DNA of 32,000 nt from Gemmata obscuriglobus (lineage in GTDB: Bacteria; Planctomycetota; Planctomycetia; Gemmatales; Gemmataceae): NCBI RefSeq assembly GCF_008065095.1, contig NZ_CP042911.1:5460001-5492000 (forward strand). The letters are read 5' to 3'. The notes beneath the pieces are model-generated. The model did no database searches. It saw only the letters and a list, made by a program, of their open reading frames with translations, and had not been told where the DNA came from. Shown one piece after another: positions 17,237 through 25,777 of the stretch. The stretch's first letter is position 1, and every line of letters begins with the position of its first letter. Made by a program: the position numbers and the translations under genes.

Positions 17237-17294
17237 GGGTCCCCTCCGTGAGAGAAAGCGGCGGCCGGCGTCCCGGGCCTCGTGCCCGAGCGCC

Positions 17295-18020
17295 TCAGGT
17301 CTGCGGCCGGGTGTTCAGTTGCAGCGATTCGGCCTGGGCGCGGAGCGCGCGCTGGGCGGCGTCGTAGTACCGGGCGCCGATGATGAGCCGGACCATCGCC
17401 GCCGCGGGCTCGACGTTGGAGCCCTCGCGCGAGCCCTGGATCACGCGCCCCGGGGCGTCCTGGCGGCCCGCCTGCGGGGAGGCGGTGTATAGCGTCGGCC
17501 CTGCGGCGGTGAGCTGCTTCGTGTCGGCGAACCGCGCGAGCCGAACCGTCCCGAGGGGCTGGCCGTCGGCGGTGATGCTGCCGTCGCTGGCGATCACCAC
17601 GCGGCTGGTGCCTTCGGGAATGGTAACGTTACCCTGGTCGGTCTGAAGCGCGTAGCCGGCCTGGCTTACCAGACGCCCCTGGGGGTCGACGCGGAAGCAG
17701 CCGTTGCGCGTGTAGAGCGGCCCGTTGGGGCCGTTGAGGACGAAGAACCGGTCGGCCTCGCCGATCGCGAGGTCGTAGGGGTGTCCGGTCTGTTGGATCG
17801 GTCCCGGGCGGAAGTCGTTGTAAGCCTGGACCGTGCGAGCCCCGGTGATGTCGCCGGTCGGCTCCTCGGCGTGGCCGATGTGGCGGTCCAGGCTCTCGAA
17901 CACCAGCCCGCGCTCGCGATACCCGGGTGTGGTGGAGTGGGCCAGGTTGTGCGCTGTCACTTCCTGCTGTTCCGACGCGATGACCAGCGCGGAACCGGCG
18001 CTGTAGAGGCCGCGGATCAT
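17295..18020 (-). CDS. flgF: Flagellar proximal rod protein FlgF
   Basis: MIRGLYSAGSALVIASEQQEVTAHNLAHSTTPGYRE..., then the rod-type C-terminus GSNVEPAAAMVRLIIGARYYDAAQRALRAQAESLQ. It lies directly upstream of flgG. Confidence 0.85.
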   Translation of the reverse strand: MIRGLYSAGSALVIASEQQEVTAHNLAHSTTPGYRERGLVFESLDRHIGHAEEPTGDITGARTVQAYNDFRPGPIQQTGHPYDLAIGEADRFFVLNGPNGPLYTRNGCFRVDPQGRLVSQAGYALQTDQGNVTIPEGTSRVVIASDGSITADGQPLGTVRLARFADTKQLTAAGPTLYTASPQAGRQDAPGRVIQGSREGSNVEPAAAMVRLIIGARYYDAAQRALRAQAESLQLNTRPQT

Positions 18021-18130
18021 GAGCTATCGCCCCCGGTTTGAGACCGGAGGATTCATCGACCCGGCACAACCGGCGCGTTCACTCCTTTTGCCCGTTCTTG
18101 CGAATCCGGCCCCGCCGCCCGGATGCACAC

Positions 18131-18199
18131 AACCGGCCCCGGAAACGCGCGGCGGCCCGGCGAAGGTCGCCGGGCCGCCGCGCGTTTCCGGGGCCGGTT
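18131..18199 (-). terminator. Perfect 33-bp-arm hairpin (3-nt loop) immediately downstream of fliS
   Basis: I checked base by base that 18131-18163 is the exact reverse complement of 18167-18199. It starts 5 nt after the fliS stop (18204) and lies upstream of flgF. No U-tract follows on the minus strand. Confidence 0.6.
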
Positions 18200-18203
18200 G
18201 GGC

Positions 18204-18629
18204 TCAGGCAGTAGCCGCCACCACCGCCGCGTGACTCATAGGCGTGAGGCGCCCGTCGCGCTCCATTGCGTTCCCCTCCGCGCGGACCGCCTCGAACCCT
18301 TCCCGGAGGGTGCGCAGCACCTTCCGCACGTTACCCACACCCTCCAGATCGGCGCGGGCCAGTTCGTGGGCGGCGTACTCGTACAACCGGAGGATGTTGC
18401 CGTTCACCTCCGGGTTCACCTCTACCCGTACCCCTTCGGCCAGCGCCATCACGATCTGCTGGGCTTTGAGCAGCAGCGTCACCGCCCCGGCCTGGTCGCG
18501 TGCCTGCAGCGCGGCCTCCGCCTTATCGAGCCGCTCCAGAGCCTTGTCGTACAGCGCGAGGAGCAGGTCCATGCGAGTCCACCCGGTCGCGGGTTCGGAC
18601 TGCTGCTGGTAGCGGCGGTACGGGTTCAT
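18204..18629 (-). CDS. fliS: Flagellin-specific export chaperone FliS
   Basis: 141 aa. The sequence MDLLLALYDKALERLDKAEAAL...AQQIVMALAEGVRVEVNPEVNGNILRLYEYAAHEL matches the FliS four-helix-bundle pattern. It starts 24 nt after fliD. Confidence 0.9.
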   Translation of the reverse strand: MNPYRRYQQQSEPATGWTRMDLLLALYDKALERLDKAEAALQARDQAGAVTLLLKAQQIVMALAEGVRVEVNPEVNGNILRLYEYAAHELARADLEGVGNVRKVLRTLREGFEAVRAEGNAMERDGRLTPMSHAAVVAATA

Positions 18630-18653
18630 CGGTGCACCTTGAATGTCTGAAAG

Positions 18654-20654
18654 TTAGTTGTTGCTGTTCGTCGAAGTGGCCAGCGACGCGAGCTGCGTCT
18701 GAAGGCCCTTCAGGTTGTTCACGGCCGTTTCCATCGCGGCGAACTGCTTCTGGAGCTGGGCCGTCTTATCGTCCAGGACCGCCTGCTGCTTGACGATCGT
18801 CTTGTCGATGTTCGCGGTCTGCTGGTTGTACGTGTCGGTGATCGCCTTGAACCGGCCGGCGACCGGATCCAGGTAGCTGTTCAGCACCTGCGACAGGCGG
18901 CTCGCGACCCCCTGGGTGACCGTCACGGTGCCCGTCCCGGGGGCGGTCAGTTTGGAGGTCAGTTGGAGCCCGGCGGTGGTGGCGTTCCCGCTCGCGCCGG
19001 TGAGGATCTGCCCGCTGCCGATGGCGGTTTCCGTCGTCCCGTTCACCACGAAGTTGCCGGCCACGTTGGTGCCGACGGAGCTTTCCGCGCCGTTGAACCC
19101 GAGAGCCGCGAGCACCTCCGCCGAGCCGCCGGTGATCGCGATGTTGGCCCCCGAACCGTACTTCTGGGTGGAGATTTGGACCTTGCCGCCACCGTCTAGA
19201 CCAACCGTCACATAATTATCGCTCGAACTCTGCGCAGAGTTGATCGCCTTTTGGACCGCGGCGAGCAGTTCGCCGGTGCTGTTGTACGGACCGGCCGGCA
19301 GGCTCACGCTGCTGCTGAGCAGGCTGTTCAGTTTGAATTGGAGGGTCGGGTTCGCGGGGATGAGCGCGACGGACCCGGGGGTGGCGGACGCCACCACCAC
19401 CGCCTGCGTGGCCGCCGCCGTGACGTTCACCTGCACGGACTTCCCGGCCGTCGACTGGGTCTTGGTCCCGCCGGCGAGGAAGGTGATGTCGGCGTTGCTC
19501 GTGGAGCCGGACAGCCCGAACAGCTTCTTGAACCCGGCCGCGGCGGTGCCCGACGGGTCGTTGAGGGCGGAGGTCAGTTTGCTGGAATCGAACACCAGCT
19601 TCCCGGAGTCGTTGAACGACAGGCCGGCCACCGACAACCGGTTGGTGCTGCCGGTGAGGCCCGGGACCGCGTCGGTCAGGGCGCTGGCGAGCGCGTCCGA
19701 CAGGGCGGTCACGTCGCGGTTCCCGAGCAGCGTACCGGCCGTTTGCGTCTCGGAGTTGTACTGCGTCTGGGAGGCGATGAGGTCCTTCACCGCGTTGTAC
19801 GAGGTGACAAAGTCTTGCACCGCTTTGACCGCCCCGCTGGTGTCGGCGGCTACCGACACGGTGACCGTCTGTCCCTCTTTGAGGAGGTTCAGGCTGACCC
19901 CGGCGATCACGTTGTTGATCTGGTTGGTCGGGCTGGACACGCTCAGCGCGCCGCCCCCGACGGTCACCTGGGCGTCCTGGGCCGCCTGAAGGACGGTCGG
20001 CACGCCGCCGGTGAACAGGTCCTGCCCGGAGCCGCCGGTGAGCCCGCTGGCGTCCACGCTGATCGCGTTCGCCGCGCCCGTCTTGCTCGACGTGACCAGC
20101 AGCTTCGCTTCCGACGTGCCGCTGTCGGTGACGACGGTCGCGCGCACGTCGCCGCCGGCCGCGTTGATGCTGTCGGCGACCCCTTGGAGCGTGTTGTTCT
20201 GGCTCCCGACCGTGACGGTCGTGGTCGTGCCGCTGCCGACGGTGATCTTGAGGGTGCCCGTTTTGAGGGCGGTGTTCGGGTCGGCGAACCCGGCCGACGC
20301 CACCTGGGCGCCCCGGGCCAGTTTGACCACGTTAACCGTGTATGTGCCGGGGACCGCGGCCGTCCCGGCCACGGCGGTCGCCGCGGTGCTGTCGGACGAG
20401 GTCGCGGTGCGGCCGTCGAACGCGCTGCCGGCCGAGCGGGCGAGGGCGTTCGTCTTGGATTGGAGGTCGAACAGTTGCGCCTGGAGGGTGACGAACGCCG
20501 TCTGCTTGGTGGTGAGCGCGGTTTTCTGGCTGTTCAGCCGGTCGATCCGCTGCTGGTTGATTTTGTTCAGCCCGTCGATGACCTTCTGGGTGTCGATGCC
20601 CGTGGCCAGGCCGGTGAAGTTCAAGCCGCTCGTGCTAACGCCGCTGACAGCCAT
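18654..20654 (-). CDS. fliD: Flagellar filament cap protein FliD
   Basis: N-terminus GLNFTGLATGIDTQKVIDGLNKINQQRIDRLNSQKTALTTKQTAFVTLQAQL and C-terminus ...IDKTIVKQQAVLDDKTAQLQKQFAAMETAVNNLKGLQTQL are canonical FliD termini. 666 aa. Confidence 0.93.
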   Translation of the reverse strand: MAVSGVSTSGLNFTGLATGIDTQKVIDGLNKINQQRIDRLNSQKTALTTKQTAFVTLQAQLFDLQSKTNALARSAGSAFDGRTATSSDSTAATAVAGTAAVPGTYTVNVVKLARGAQVASAGFADPNTALKTGTLKITVGSGTTTTVTVGSQNNTLQGVADSINAAGGDVRATVVTDSGTSEAKLLVTSSKTGAANAISVDASGLTGGSGQDLFTGGVPTVLQAAQDAQVTVGGGALSVSSPTNQINNVIAGVSLNLLKEGQTVTVSVAADTSGAVKAVQDFVTSYNAVKDLIASQTQYNSETQTAGTLLGNRDVTALSDALASALTDAVPGLTGSTNRLSVAGLSFNDSGKLVFDSSKLTSALNDPSGTAAAGFKKLFGLSGSTSNADITFLAGGTKTQSTAGKSVQVNVTAAATQAVVVASATPGSVALIPANPTLQFKLNSLLSSSVSLPAGPYNSTGELLAAVQKAINSAQSSSDNYVTVGLDGGGKVQISTQKYGSGANIAITGGSAEVLAALGFNGAESSVGTNVAGNFVVNGTTETAIGSGQILTGASGNATTAGLQLTSKLTAPGTGTVTVTQGVASRLSQVLNSYLDPVAGRFKAITDTYNQQTANIDKTIVKQQAVLDDKTAQLQKQFAAMETAVNNLKGLQTQLASLATSTNSNN

Positions 20655-20744
20655 CAGAGCACCTCCGAGTGTTCCAAGCTCATACGCTTGAAGGGGTTAG
20701 GATTCCGGTTGTGGGGTGGTGCGACCCGCCGTGAGTGCGGGAGC

Positions 20745-20777
20745 GGGCGCGGGCAGAGATCTCCTCTGCCCGCGCCC
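20745..20777 (-). terminator. Perfect 14-bp stem hairpin between fliC and fliD
   Basis: GGGCGCGGGCAGAG (20745-20758), loop ATCTC, CTCTGCCCGCGCCC (20764-20777). It lies 31 nt downstream of the fliC stop on the minus strand. There is no clear U-tract. Confidence 0.55.
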
Positions 20778-20785
20778 CTCAGGTA

Positions 20786-20811
20786 TTATCGAAGGACTCG
20801 CTCGCGATTAG
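20786..20811 (-). promoter_or_regulatory. Sigma-28-like motif CTAA-N14-TTCGATAA between the fliC stop and the fliC-fliD hairpin
   Basis: The minus strand reads GGGGCTAATCGCGAGCGAGTCCTTCGATAATACC. It has the same -10-like octamer and spacing as the fliC upstream motif. The -35-like tetramer overlaps the fliC stop codon. Confidence 0.35.
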
Positions 20812-22649
20812 CCCCGGAGGAGCTGGGCGACGAGCTGGGTCGTCTGGTTGGCGTTGCCGAGCACCGTCGCCCCGGCCTGGAGCTGGGTCTGGAGGCGGGT
20901 GAAGGTCGCGATCTCTTCCGCGAAGTCGGTGTCACGGACCACCGACTCGGCCGCCGTCGTGTTCTCCAGGGTGCTCTGGAGGTTGTTGGCGTTCGACTCC
21001 AGGGTGTTGGTCTGGAACGCACCCAGCTTACCGCGAAGGGCCGAGATGTCCGCGATCGCTTGGTCGACCGCCTTGAGCGTGTCCTGGGCGCCCGACGCGG
21101 TGGTCACATCAACCGCTGCCAAGCTGCTGAACTGGTTGCCGACCAAGTTCTGGGCCAGGGCCGTGGCCCGCACGTCGCTGAACCGCAGGTTCGAAGTCTG
21201 GCCCGCGTTCGCACCGATCTGGAACACCAGGCCGTTGTCGGCCACCGTGATGGTGCCCGTGGTCGGGGCGGCCGACGTGAAGGTCGTGGACGCCGGGTCG
21301 TCCTTGAGGGTGATCGCCAGGCCGAACCCGCTGGCGACGTTGCCGTCGATCTGCAACGTGCTGGTGGTGATCCCGCCGTCGTTGGAGATCGTGCCGGTCG
21401 CTTCCCGCCCGCCCGTCACCCCGTTCGCCGCGGCCCCGGTCGTGGACACCGTGGTGGTGTCGAAGTTCCCGGCGGAGTTCAACCCGAGCTTCGTCTCCGT
21501 GAACGTGTCGGTGCGGATCGTGAAGTCGCCGCCGGTCCCGTAGGTGGCCGAGGAGAACGCGATCCGGGCGGAGTTGGTCGGGTCCACCGAGGCCCGCACC
21601 CCGGTCGTGCCGGTGTACGAGTTGATCGTGGCGATCGCGTCGGTCAGGCTGCCGGCGTTGTTACCGTTCAGGGCGATGTCGGTCCCGTTGAGCGTCAGCT
21701 TGCCGGTCCCCTGTGCCTCGAACGTGTACACGTCGTTGGCGGTGTACGTGTCGCCGGTCGTGAACTTCAGTTGCAGGCCCTGGAGGACCGGATCGGTGAT
21801 CAGGTCGCCCGACGTGTAGGTCGTCGGGATCGAGATGTTCTTGAACGTGTTGGTCGAGGTGTCGGTCACCTTGAGGTTGACGACGTTGGTCCCGATGTCA
21901 CCGCCGGAGAGGACTTCGACCGTGTAGGTGCGGTTGGTGACCCCGGTGTAGTTCCCGGTCACCTGAAGGTCGTCGCCGGCCGCGGACGCCGCACCCACGT
22001 TGTCGCGGGCGTCAACGGTGAACCCGCCGGTGACCGCGGTCACGTCGGCCGCCGCCACGACGCCGTTCAGGGTGCCGTTCGTGAAGGCGGTGAAGTTCGC
22101 ACTACCCACCACGTTGGCCCGGCGGGCCGACTGGGTGATGTTGATGTTGTAGTCGCCGGCGACCGCGGTCGGGTCGACCGCCACGCCGATGTTCGCGACC
22201 GCGGTGCTAGCCCCCAGCGACGCGCTGCCGTCGAGCAGCTTCTTGCTACCGAACTGGGTGGTCGTGGCGATCTGGGTGATGGTCCCGAGGGCGTTCGCGA
22301 TTTCGGCCTGGTTCGCGGCCAGGGCGGTCGCGTCGTTCACGCCGGCGTTGGCCGAGTCGAGGGCCAGGCTGCGGATCTTGGTGAGCAGCGAGCTGATTTC
22401 GTTCAGCGCGCCTTCGCCGGTCTGCACCAGGGACACGGCCTTGTTGGTGTTGGCGATCGCGGTCTGGAGACCGGCGATCTGGGCACGCTGCTGCTCGGAG
22501 ATCACGAGGCCGGCGGGGCCGTCCGCACCGCGGTTGATTTTCAGACCGGTCGAGAGCCGCTCGAGCGACTTCGACAGGGCCGAGTTGGTCTTGCTCAGGT
22601 TCGCCTGGGCGTTGAGAGAGGCGCCGTTGTTGACGACGGACAGAGCCAT
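20808..22649 (-). CDS. fliC: Flagellin FliC (613 aa, large central variable domain)
   Basis: N-terminus MALSVVNNGASLNAQANLSKTNSALSKSLERLSTGLKINRGADGPAGLVISEQQRAQIAGLQTA... and C-terminus ...ESVVRDTDFAEEIATFTRLQTQLQAGATVLGNANQTTQLVAQLLRG are canonical D0/D1 helices. I prefer the ATG at 22649 (GGAG 8 nt upstream) over the GTG at 22658. Confidence 0.95.
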   Translation of the reverse strand: MALSVVNNGASLNAQANLSKTNSALSKSLERLSTGLKINRGADGPAGLVISEQQRAQIAGLQTAIANTNKAVSLVQTGEGALNEISSLLTKIRSLALDSANAGVNDATALAANQAEIANALGTITQIATTTQFGSKKLLDGSASLGASTAVANIGVAVDPTAVAGDYNINITQSARRANVVGSANFTAFTNGTLNGVVAAADVTAVTGGFTVDARDNVGAASAAGDDLQVTGNYTGVTNRTYTVEVLSGGDIGTNVVNLKVTDTSTNTFKNISIPTTYTSGDLITDPVLQGLQLKFTTGDTYTANDVYTFEAQGTGKLTLNGTDIALNGNNAGSLTDAIATINSYTGTTGVRASVDPTNSARIAFSSATYGTGGDFTIRTDTFTETKLGLNSAGNFDTTTVSTTGAAANGVTGGREATGTISNDGGITTSTLQIDGNVASGFGLAITLKDDPASTTFTSAAPTTGTITVADNGLVFQIGANAGQTSNLRFSDVRATALAQNLVGNQFSSLAAVDVTTASGAQDTLKAVDQAIADISALRGKLGAFQTNTLESNANNLQSTLENTTAAESVVRDTDFAEEIATFTRLQTQLQAGATVLGNANQTTQLVAQLLRG

Positions 22650-22710
22650 TGCGAGCACTCCAGCTTAGGGTTCAGTTTGCGGGTCGGTGAGTCCTTCCCG
22701 TCTGCTGAGG

Positions 22711-22736
22711 TTATCGAACTGGGTGGGGGAGATTTG
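22711..22736 (-). promoter_or_regulatory. Sigma-28 (FliA)-type promoter candidate for fliC: CAAA-N14-TTCGATAA
   Basis: The minus strand reads GGCAAATCTCCCCCACCCAGTTCGATAACC, about 62 nt upstream of the fliC ATG. Compare the enterobacterial/Bacillus consensus TAAA-N15-GCCGATAA. An AT-rich hexamer like this is unusual in a ~70% GC background. Confidence 0.55.
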
Positions 22737-22801
22737 CCTGCGTTTTCAGCGACTTTGCGGCGCCGCGCGGCCCACAGTGGGTGCACGCCGCGCGGCCCCA
22801 A

Positions 22802-22851
22802 AACGCCCGCGGCCCCCGCCGAGCTGGTGCTCGGCGGGGGCCGCGGGCGTT
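22802..22851 (-). terminator. Rho-independent-type terminator after flgM (perfect 23-bp stem, 4-nt loop, TTTT on the minus strand)
   Basis: AACGCCCGCGGCCCCCGCCGAGC (22802-22824), loop TGGT, then GCTCGGCGGGGGCCGCGGGCGTT (22829-22851). The minus-strand read-out ends ...GCGGGCGTTTTGGGG. Confidence 0.7.
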
Positions 22852-22852
22852 A

Positions 22853-22878
22853 TTATCGGACTTAAGGTGTCAGCTTAC
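22853..22878 (-). promoter_or_regulatory. Sigma-28-like motif GTAA-N14-TCCGATAA overlapping the flgM stop and abutting the terminator hairpin
   Basis: The minus strand reads GGTAAGCTGACACCTTAAGTCCGATAATAAC. The octamer matches GCCGATAA at 7 of 8 positions. The motif sits directly upstream of the 22802-22851 hairpin. Confidence 0.3.
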
Positions 22879-23157
22879 CGGGCCGTCGTTATCCGGGAGC
22901 GTTTGAGCGGCGGCGGCGGCGGCAGCGGCGGCCGCCTCGGCGGTGTTGAAGTCGCCGGCCGCGAGCCGGGCCGCGGCTTCGGAAACCACGTTCGGGCGGA
23001 CGTCAGGAGCCTGGCGGACGCCGGCCAGCAGGGTGGCCAGTTTGCCGGTCAGGACGAACTCTTTCGCGCTGCCCGATTCGACGGCCGGTGCCGGGGTGGA
23101 GCGGGTGGCCGGGGTTTGCGGAGCGGGCGGCTGGACTCCTGTAGGTTCGATACGCAT
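22870..23157 (-). CDS. flgM: Anti-sigma-28 factor FlgM
   Basis: A 95-aa product starting at the ATG at 23157 (MRIEPTGVQPP...). The disordered Pro/Thr/Ala-rich N-terminus and the C-terminal ...VRQAPDVRPNVVSEAAARLAAGDFNTAEAA resemble the FlgM sigma-28-binding helices (DVR..kV..ik.aI..G.Y). It is adjacent to fliC. The RBS is weak. Confidence 0.65.
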   Translation of the reverse strand: MRIEPTGVQPPAPQTPATRSTPAPAVESGSAKEFVLTGKLATLLAGVRQAPDVRPNVVSEAAARLAAGDFNTAEAAAAAAAAAAQTLPDNDGPVS

Positions 23158-23330
23158 GGCTCGGTACTCACAGTTTTCAGGTGTTGGGGCCGATGTTCGC
23201 GGCCTACGAGAATATGTATCGAGCGGATTCAAATAAAATTGCGTCAAAAAAGCGCCCGCAACCGCGCGGAGACATTTTCGATCATACGGTTGGAATCTGC
23301 TACCCCACCTCAACCGGGCTGGACACCGTC

Positions 23331-25433
23331 ATGAGCGACTCCTCCGCCTCCCTCCCCTCCCCCGAAGTGCCGGCCGACGGCGCCAGCGCCCAGCCCGCCG
23401 CCCCGCGACCGCGCCGCGGTTTGATCCGTCGGCTCGTGACTCCGGCCATCGTACTGGCGTGCGTCACCGGTGGCGCGGCCCTGAGCCAGCAGCTCCGCCC
23501 CAAACCGGCCCCCGAAACCGCGGAGCCGCACACCGACGCGGACGCGCCCCCCGCCCCGGACGCGCATCCCGCCCCGAACGCGCCCCCCACCCCGGCGGAT
23601 CGGGCAACCGCGGGTCGGGTCAACAACAGCATCCGCGCCGCGAGCTACTCATACGCGCTCAAGCTGATCCGGGGTGCGGCACCGGGCGCGTTCGGCGACG
23701 AGCACCAGGCCGCGTATCGCGAGGGGCTGTGCCTGGAAGGGCTCAACCGGTTAAAGGAGGCCGACGCGGCGTACCAGAAGGCCGAACAGGACCCCAACGT
23801 GGGCGGGTGGGCGCGGGCCACGCTCGGCCGCGCCCGCTGCGCGATCGACGCGGGCACGCTGACCGAAGCGCGCGCGCTGATGGACCGCGTGCTGCTCCGC
23901 TCCGGCCACCAGGAGTGCCGGGGCAGCAAGTTCCGCGAAGAGGTCGCTTACCTGCGTGCCCGCGTGTGCGTTCTGGAACTCGGGTCCCCTGCCCCGCTGG
24001 ACCCGCTCAACGCCGGCGCGCTCGCCTGGCCGGCCATGCAGGTGGAACCCGATGTGTACCTCGATTGGCTCGCCAGCGCGGAGTCGGCCGCCAGCCCGAG
24101 TCCGGACACCGGGCGCGACGTGGTCGAGGTCCACGCCGACAAGGACCCGCAAAACCCGACCGTCACGCTGCGGCTCGCGAAGCAACCCGCCCTGGACGCG
24201 GTCCACGCGCTGGCGTCGGCCGCACAACTGGAAGTGTCGGAAGATGACACGGTTGCAAAACTGCTCGCCGATCCGGTCGGCCCGGTCGAGGTCGAGCGGT
24301 TGCCGCTCGGTGTCGTGCTGACCGCGCTGACCGAGCGGGCGCGCGTGAAATGGGAGATTAAAGGGCGCGAACTGCTCCTCGCGCCGGCGCCGTACGGTAC
24401 TGGGCCGGAACTCACCGTGCAGGCGCTGCGCCAAGCACTTGAAGTGGCGGCGGAGCACCCGGCCGCGGCCCCGATGCGGGTGACGCTCGCCAACTTGGAC
24501 GCTCGGGCGGGCCGGTTCCGGGTCGCGACCCTGGGGTACCGACAGGTGTTCGAGACCGTCGGGCACGCGCCCGCGGCCCCGCACGCGGCGTACAACCTCG
24601 GGCTGATGGAAATGAAGGCCGGGAACCGTAAGAGCGCGGTGGCCCGGTTCTTTGAGGTGATCGACCGGGCTCCCGGCACGACCTTCGCGGAGTTCGCGTG
24701 GTGCTGGATCGGCCGCTCGCACCTTGAGGACGATGCCCCCGAGGCGGCCCGCCGGGCTTACGTGACGGCGTACAACGGCAACAACAAGGAGGCCGTTTCC
24801 GCGGCCGCGCTGGGCGTGTGTATGTGCGACCTGCTCACCGGCAACGAGGGCGCGGTGCGGGAGCTGATGGCGGACGCCAAGCTCAGCACCCGCGAGCCGC
24901 ACGCGATGATCACGAACTACTACACGGCGCTGCTCCGGTACCGCACCGCCCCGAGCGAGAGCCGCAAAGAGCTGTTGTTCCGGGCGATCGATGCCGCGGA
25001 CGAGGGTCGTGCCTTGGGGCCGGGCGGGGTGTACCTCACGGGCCGCGTGTACACCGAACTCGGGCTCACACGGGAAATGTGCTCGCTGTACGAGCGCGAG
25101 GTCGAAACGGCCCGCGGCCCGCTCGCACTCCGGATGCTGTACGAAGTGGCGGAGCGGTACGACCGGCTCGACGCCCGGTCCGCAGCCCGTGCTCGGTACC
25201 TTTCGGTGGCCGCAGTGGACCAGTACGGCCTGCGCGCGCGGGCCGAGTTGCGGCTGGCCGCGCTCGACGCCCGCGACGGGAACGGGGAAGACGCCGTCCG
25301 CCGCTGCTGGGTGCTGACGAAGAGCAAGGACGTGCCGCTCGAGGATGTGCTCCGTGTCATGGGGCACGGGTACGAGTTGCAAGGCATGTACCGCGCCGCG
25401 GCGGACTGCTTCGCCGGGCGACTGCCGGAGTAA
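23331..25433 (+). CDS. Membrane-anchored tetratricopeptide-repeat (TPR) protein, 700 aa
   Basis: Starts at the ATG at 23331 (MSDSSASLPS...), with a single TM helix (LVTPAIVLACVTGGAALS) and a Pro/Ala-rich linker. Multiple TPR-like helical pairs follow (AAYREGLCLEGLNRLKEADAAYQKA..., AAYNLGLMEMKAGNRKSAVARFFEVI..., YLTGRVYTELGL...). It is transcribed divergently from flgM. Confidence 0.7.
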   Translation: MSDSSASLPSPEVPADGASAQPAAPRPRRGLIRRLVTPAIVLACVTGGAALSQQLRPKPAPETAEPHTDADAPPAPDAHPAPNAPPTPADRATAGRVNNSIRAASYSYALKLIRGAAPGAFGDEHQAAYREGLCLEGLNRLKEADAAYQKAEQDPNVGGWARATLGRARCAIDAGTLTEARALMDRVLLRSGHQECRGSKFREEVAYLRARVCVLELGSPAPLDPLNAGALAWPAMQVEPDVYLDWLASAESAASPSPDTGRDVVEVHADKDPQNPTVTLRLAKQPALDAVHALASAAQLEVSEDDTVAKLLADPVGPVEVERLPLGVVLTALTERARVKWEIKGRELLLAPAPYGTGPELTVQALRQALEVAAEHPAAAPMRVTLANLDARAGRFRVATLGYRQVFETVGHAPAAPHAAYNLGLMEMKAGNRKSAVARFFEVIDRAPGTTFAEFAWCWIGRSHLEDDAPEAARRAYVTAYNGNNKEAVSAAALGVCMCDLLTGNEGAVRELMADAKLSTREPHAMITNYYTALLRYRTAPSESRKELLFRAIDAADEGRALGPGGVYLTGRVYTELGLTREMCSLYEREVETARGPLALRMLYEVAERYDRLDARSAARARYLSVAAVDQYGLRARAELRLAALDARDGNGEDAVRRCWVLTKSKDVPLEDVLRVMGHGYELQGMYRAAADCFAGRLPE

Positions 25434-25444
25434 CCGAACGCACG

Positions 25445-25492
25445 AACGGAACGGGCCGCGACCAACAACGGTCGCGGCCCGTTCCGTTTTCC
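25445..25492 (+). terminator. Rho-independent terminator after the TPR gene (19-bp stem, AACAAC loop, T-run)
   Basis: AACGGAACGGGCCGCGACC (25445-25463), loop AACAAC, GGTCGCGGCCCGTTCCGTT (25470-25488), followed by TTCC. It starts 12 nt after the stop codon. Confidence 0.8.
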
Positions 25493-25777
25493 GCGTGGGG
25501 TGTGGTGATAGCTTTTGCCGATGGGAGTGGGCACGTGTGATAACCGCCCGCGTTGGTGCGCGAGAAGGTGCTTTCCCCCGCCCCGTGTGATTCCTAGGGT
25601 GCGTGGCCGGTTATCGTCACTCACGTCCCAGCGGCGGGTTCAACCGGAAGAACCGCACACACTTCGGCGCACGGCGCCCACTTCGTTGATTCCCATCCGC
25701 AGCGCGGTCCGATAAACTTCTGAGCGGCCCCTGTTACGTTCCGACGCCGGACTTCCGACCCCCGACCGGGCGATGCC

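Noticed and set aside
19251-22865. A 1204-aa + strand ORF antisense to fliD/fliC, and many other long antisense ORFs (for example 9866-10939, 11748-12650, 13276-14844, 15499-16464, 16154-17251)
   Set aside because: These are typical stop-poor antisense frames of high-GC genes. The translations are Arg/Gly/Asp/His-rich with no domain signatures, and the opposite strand encodes unmistakable flagellar proteins.
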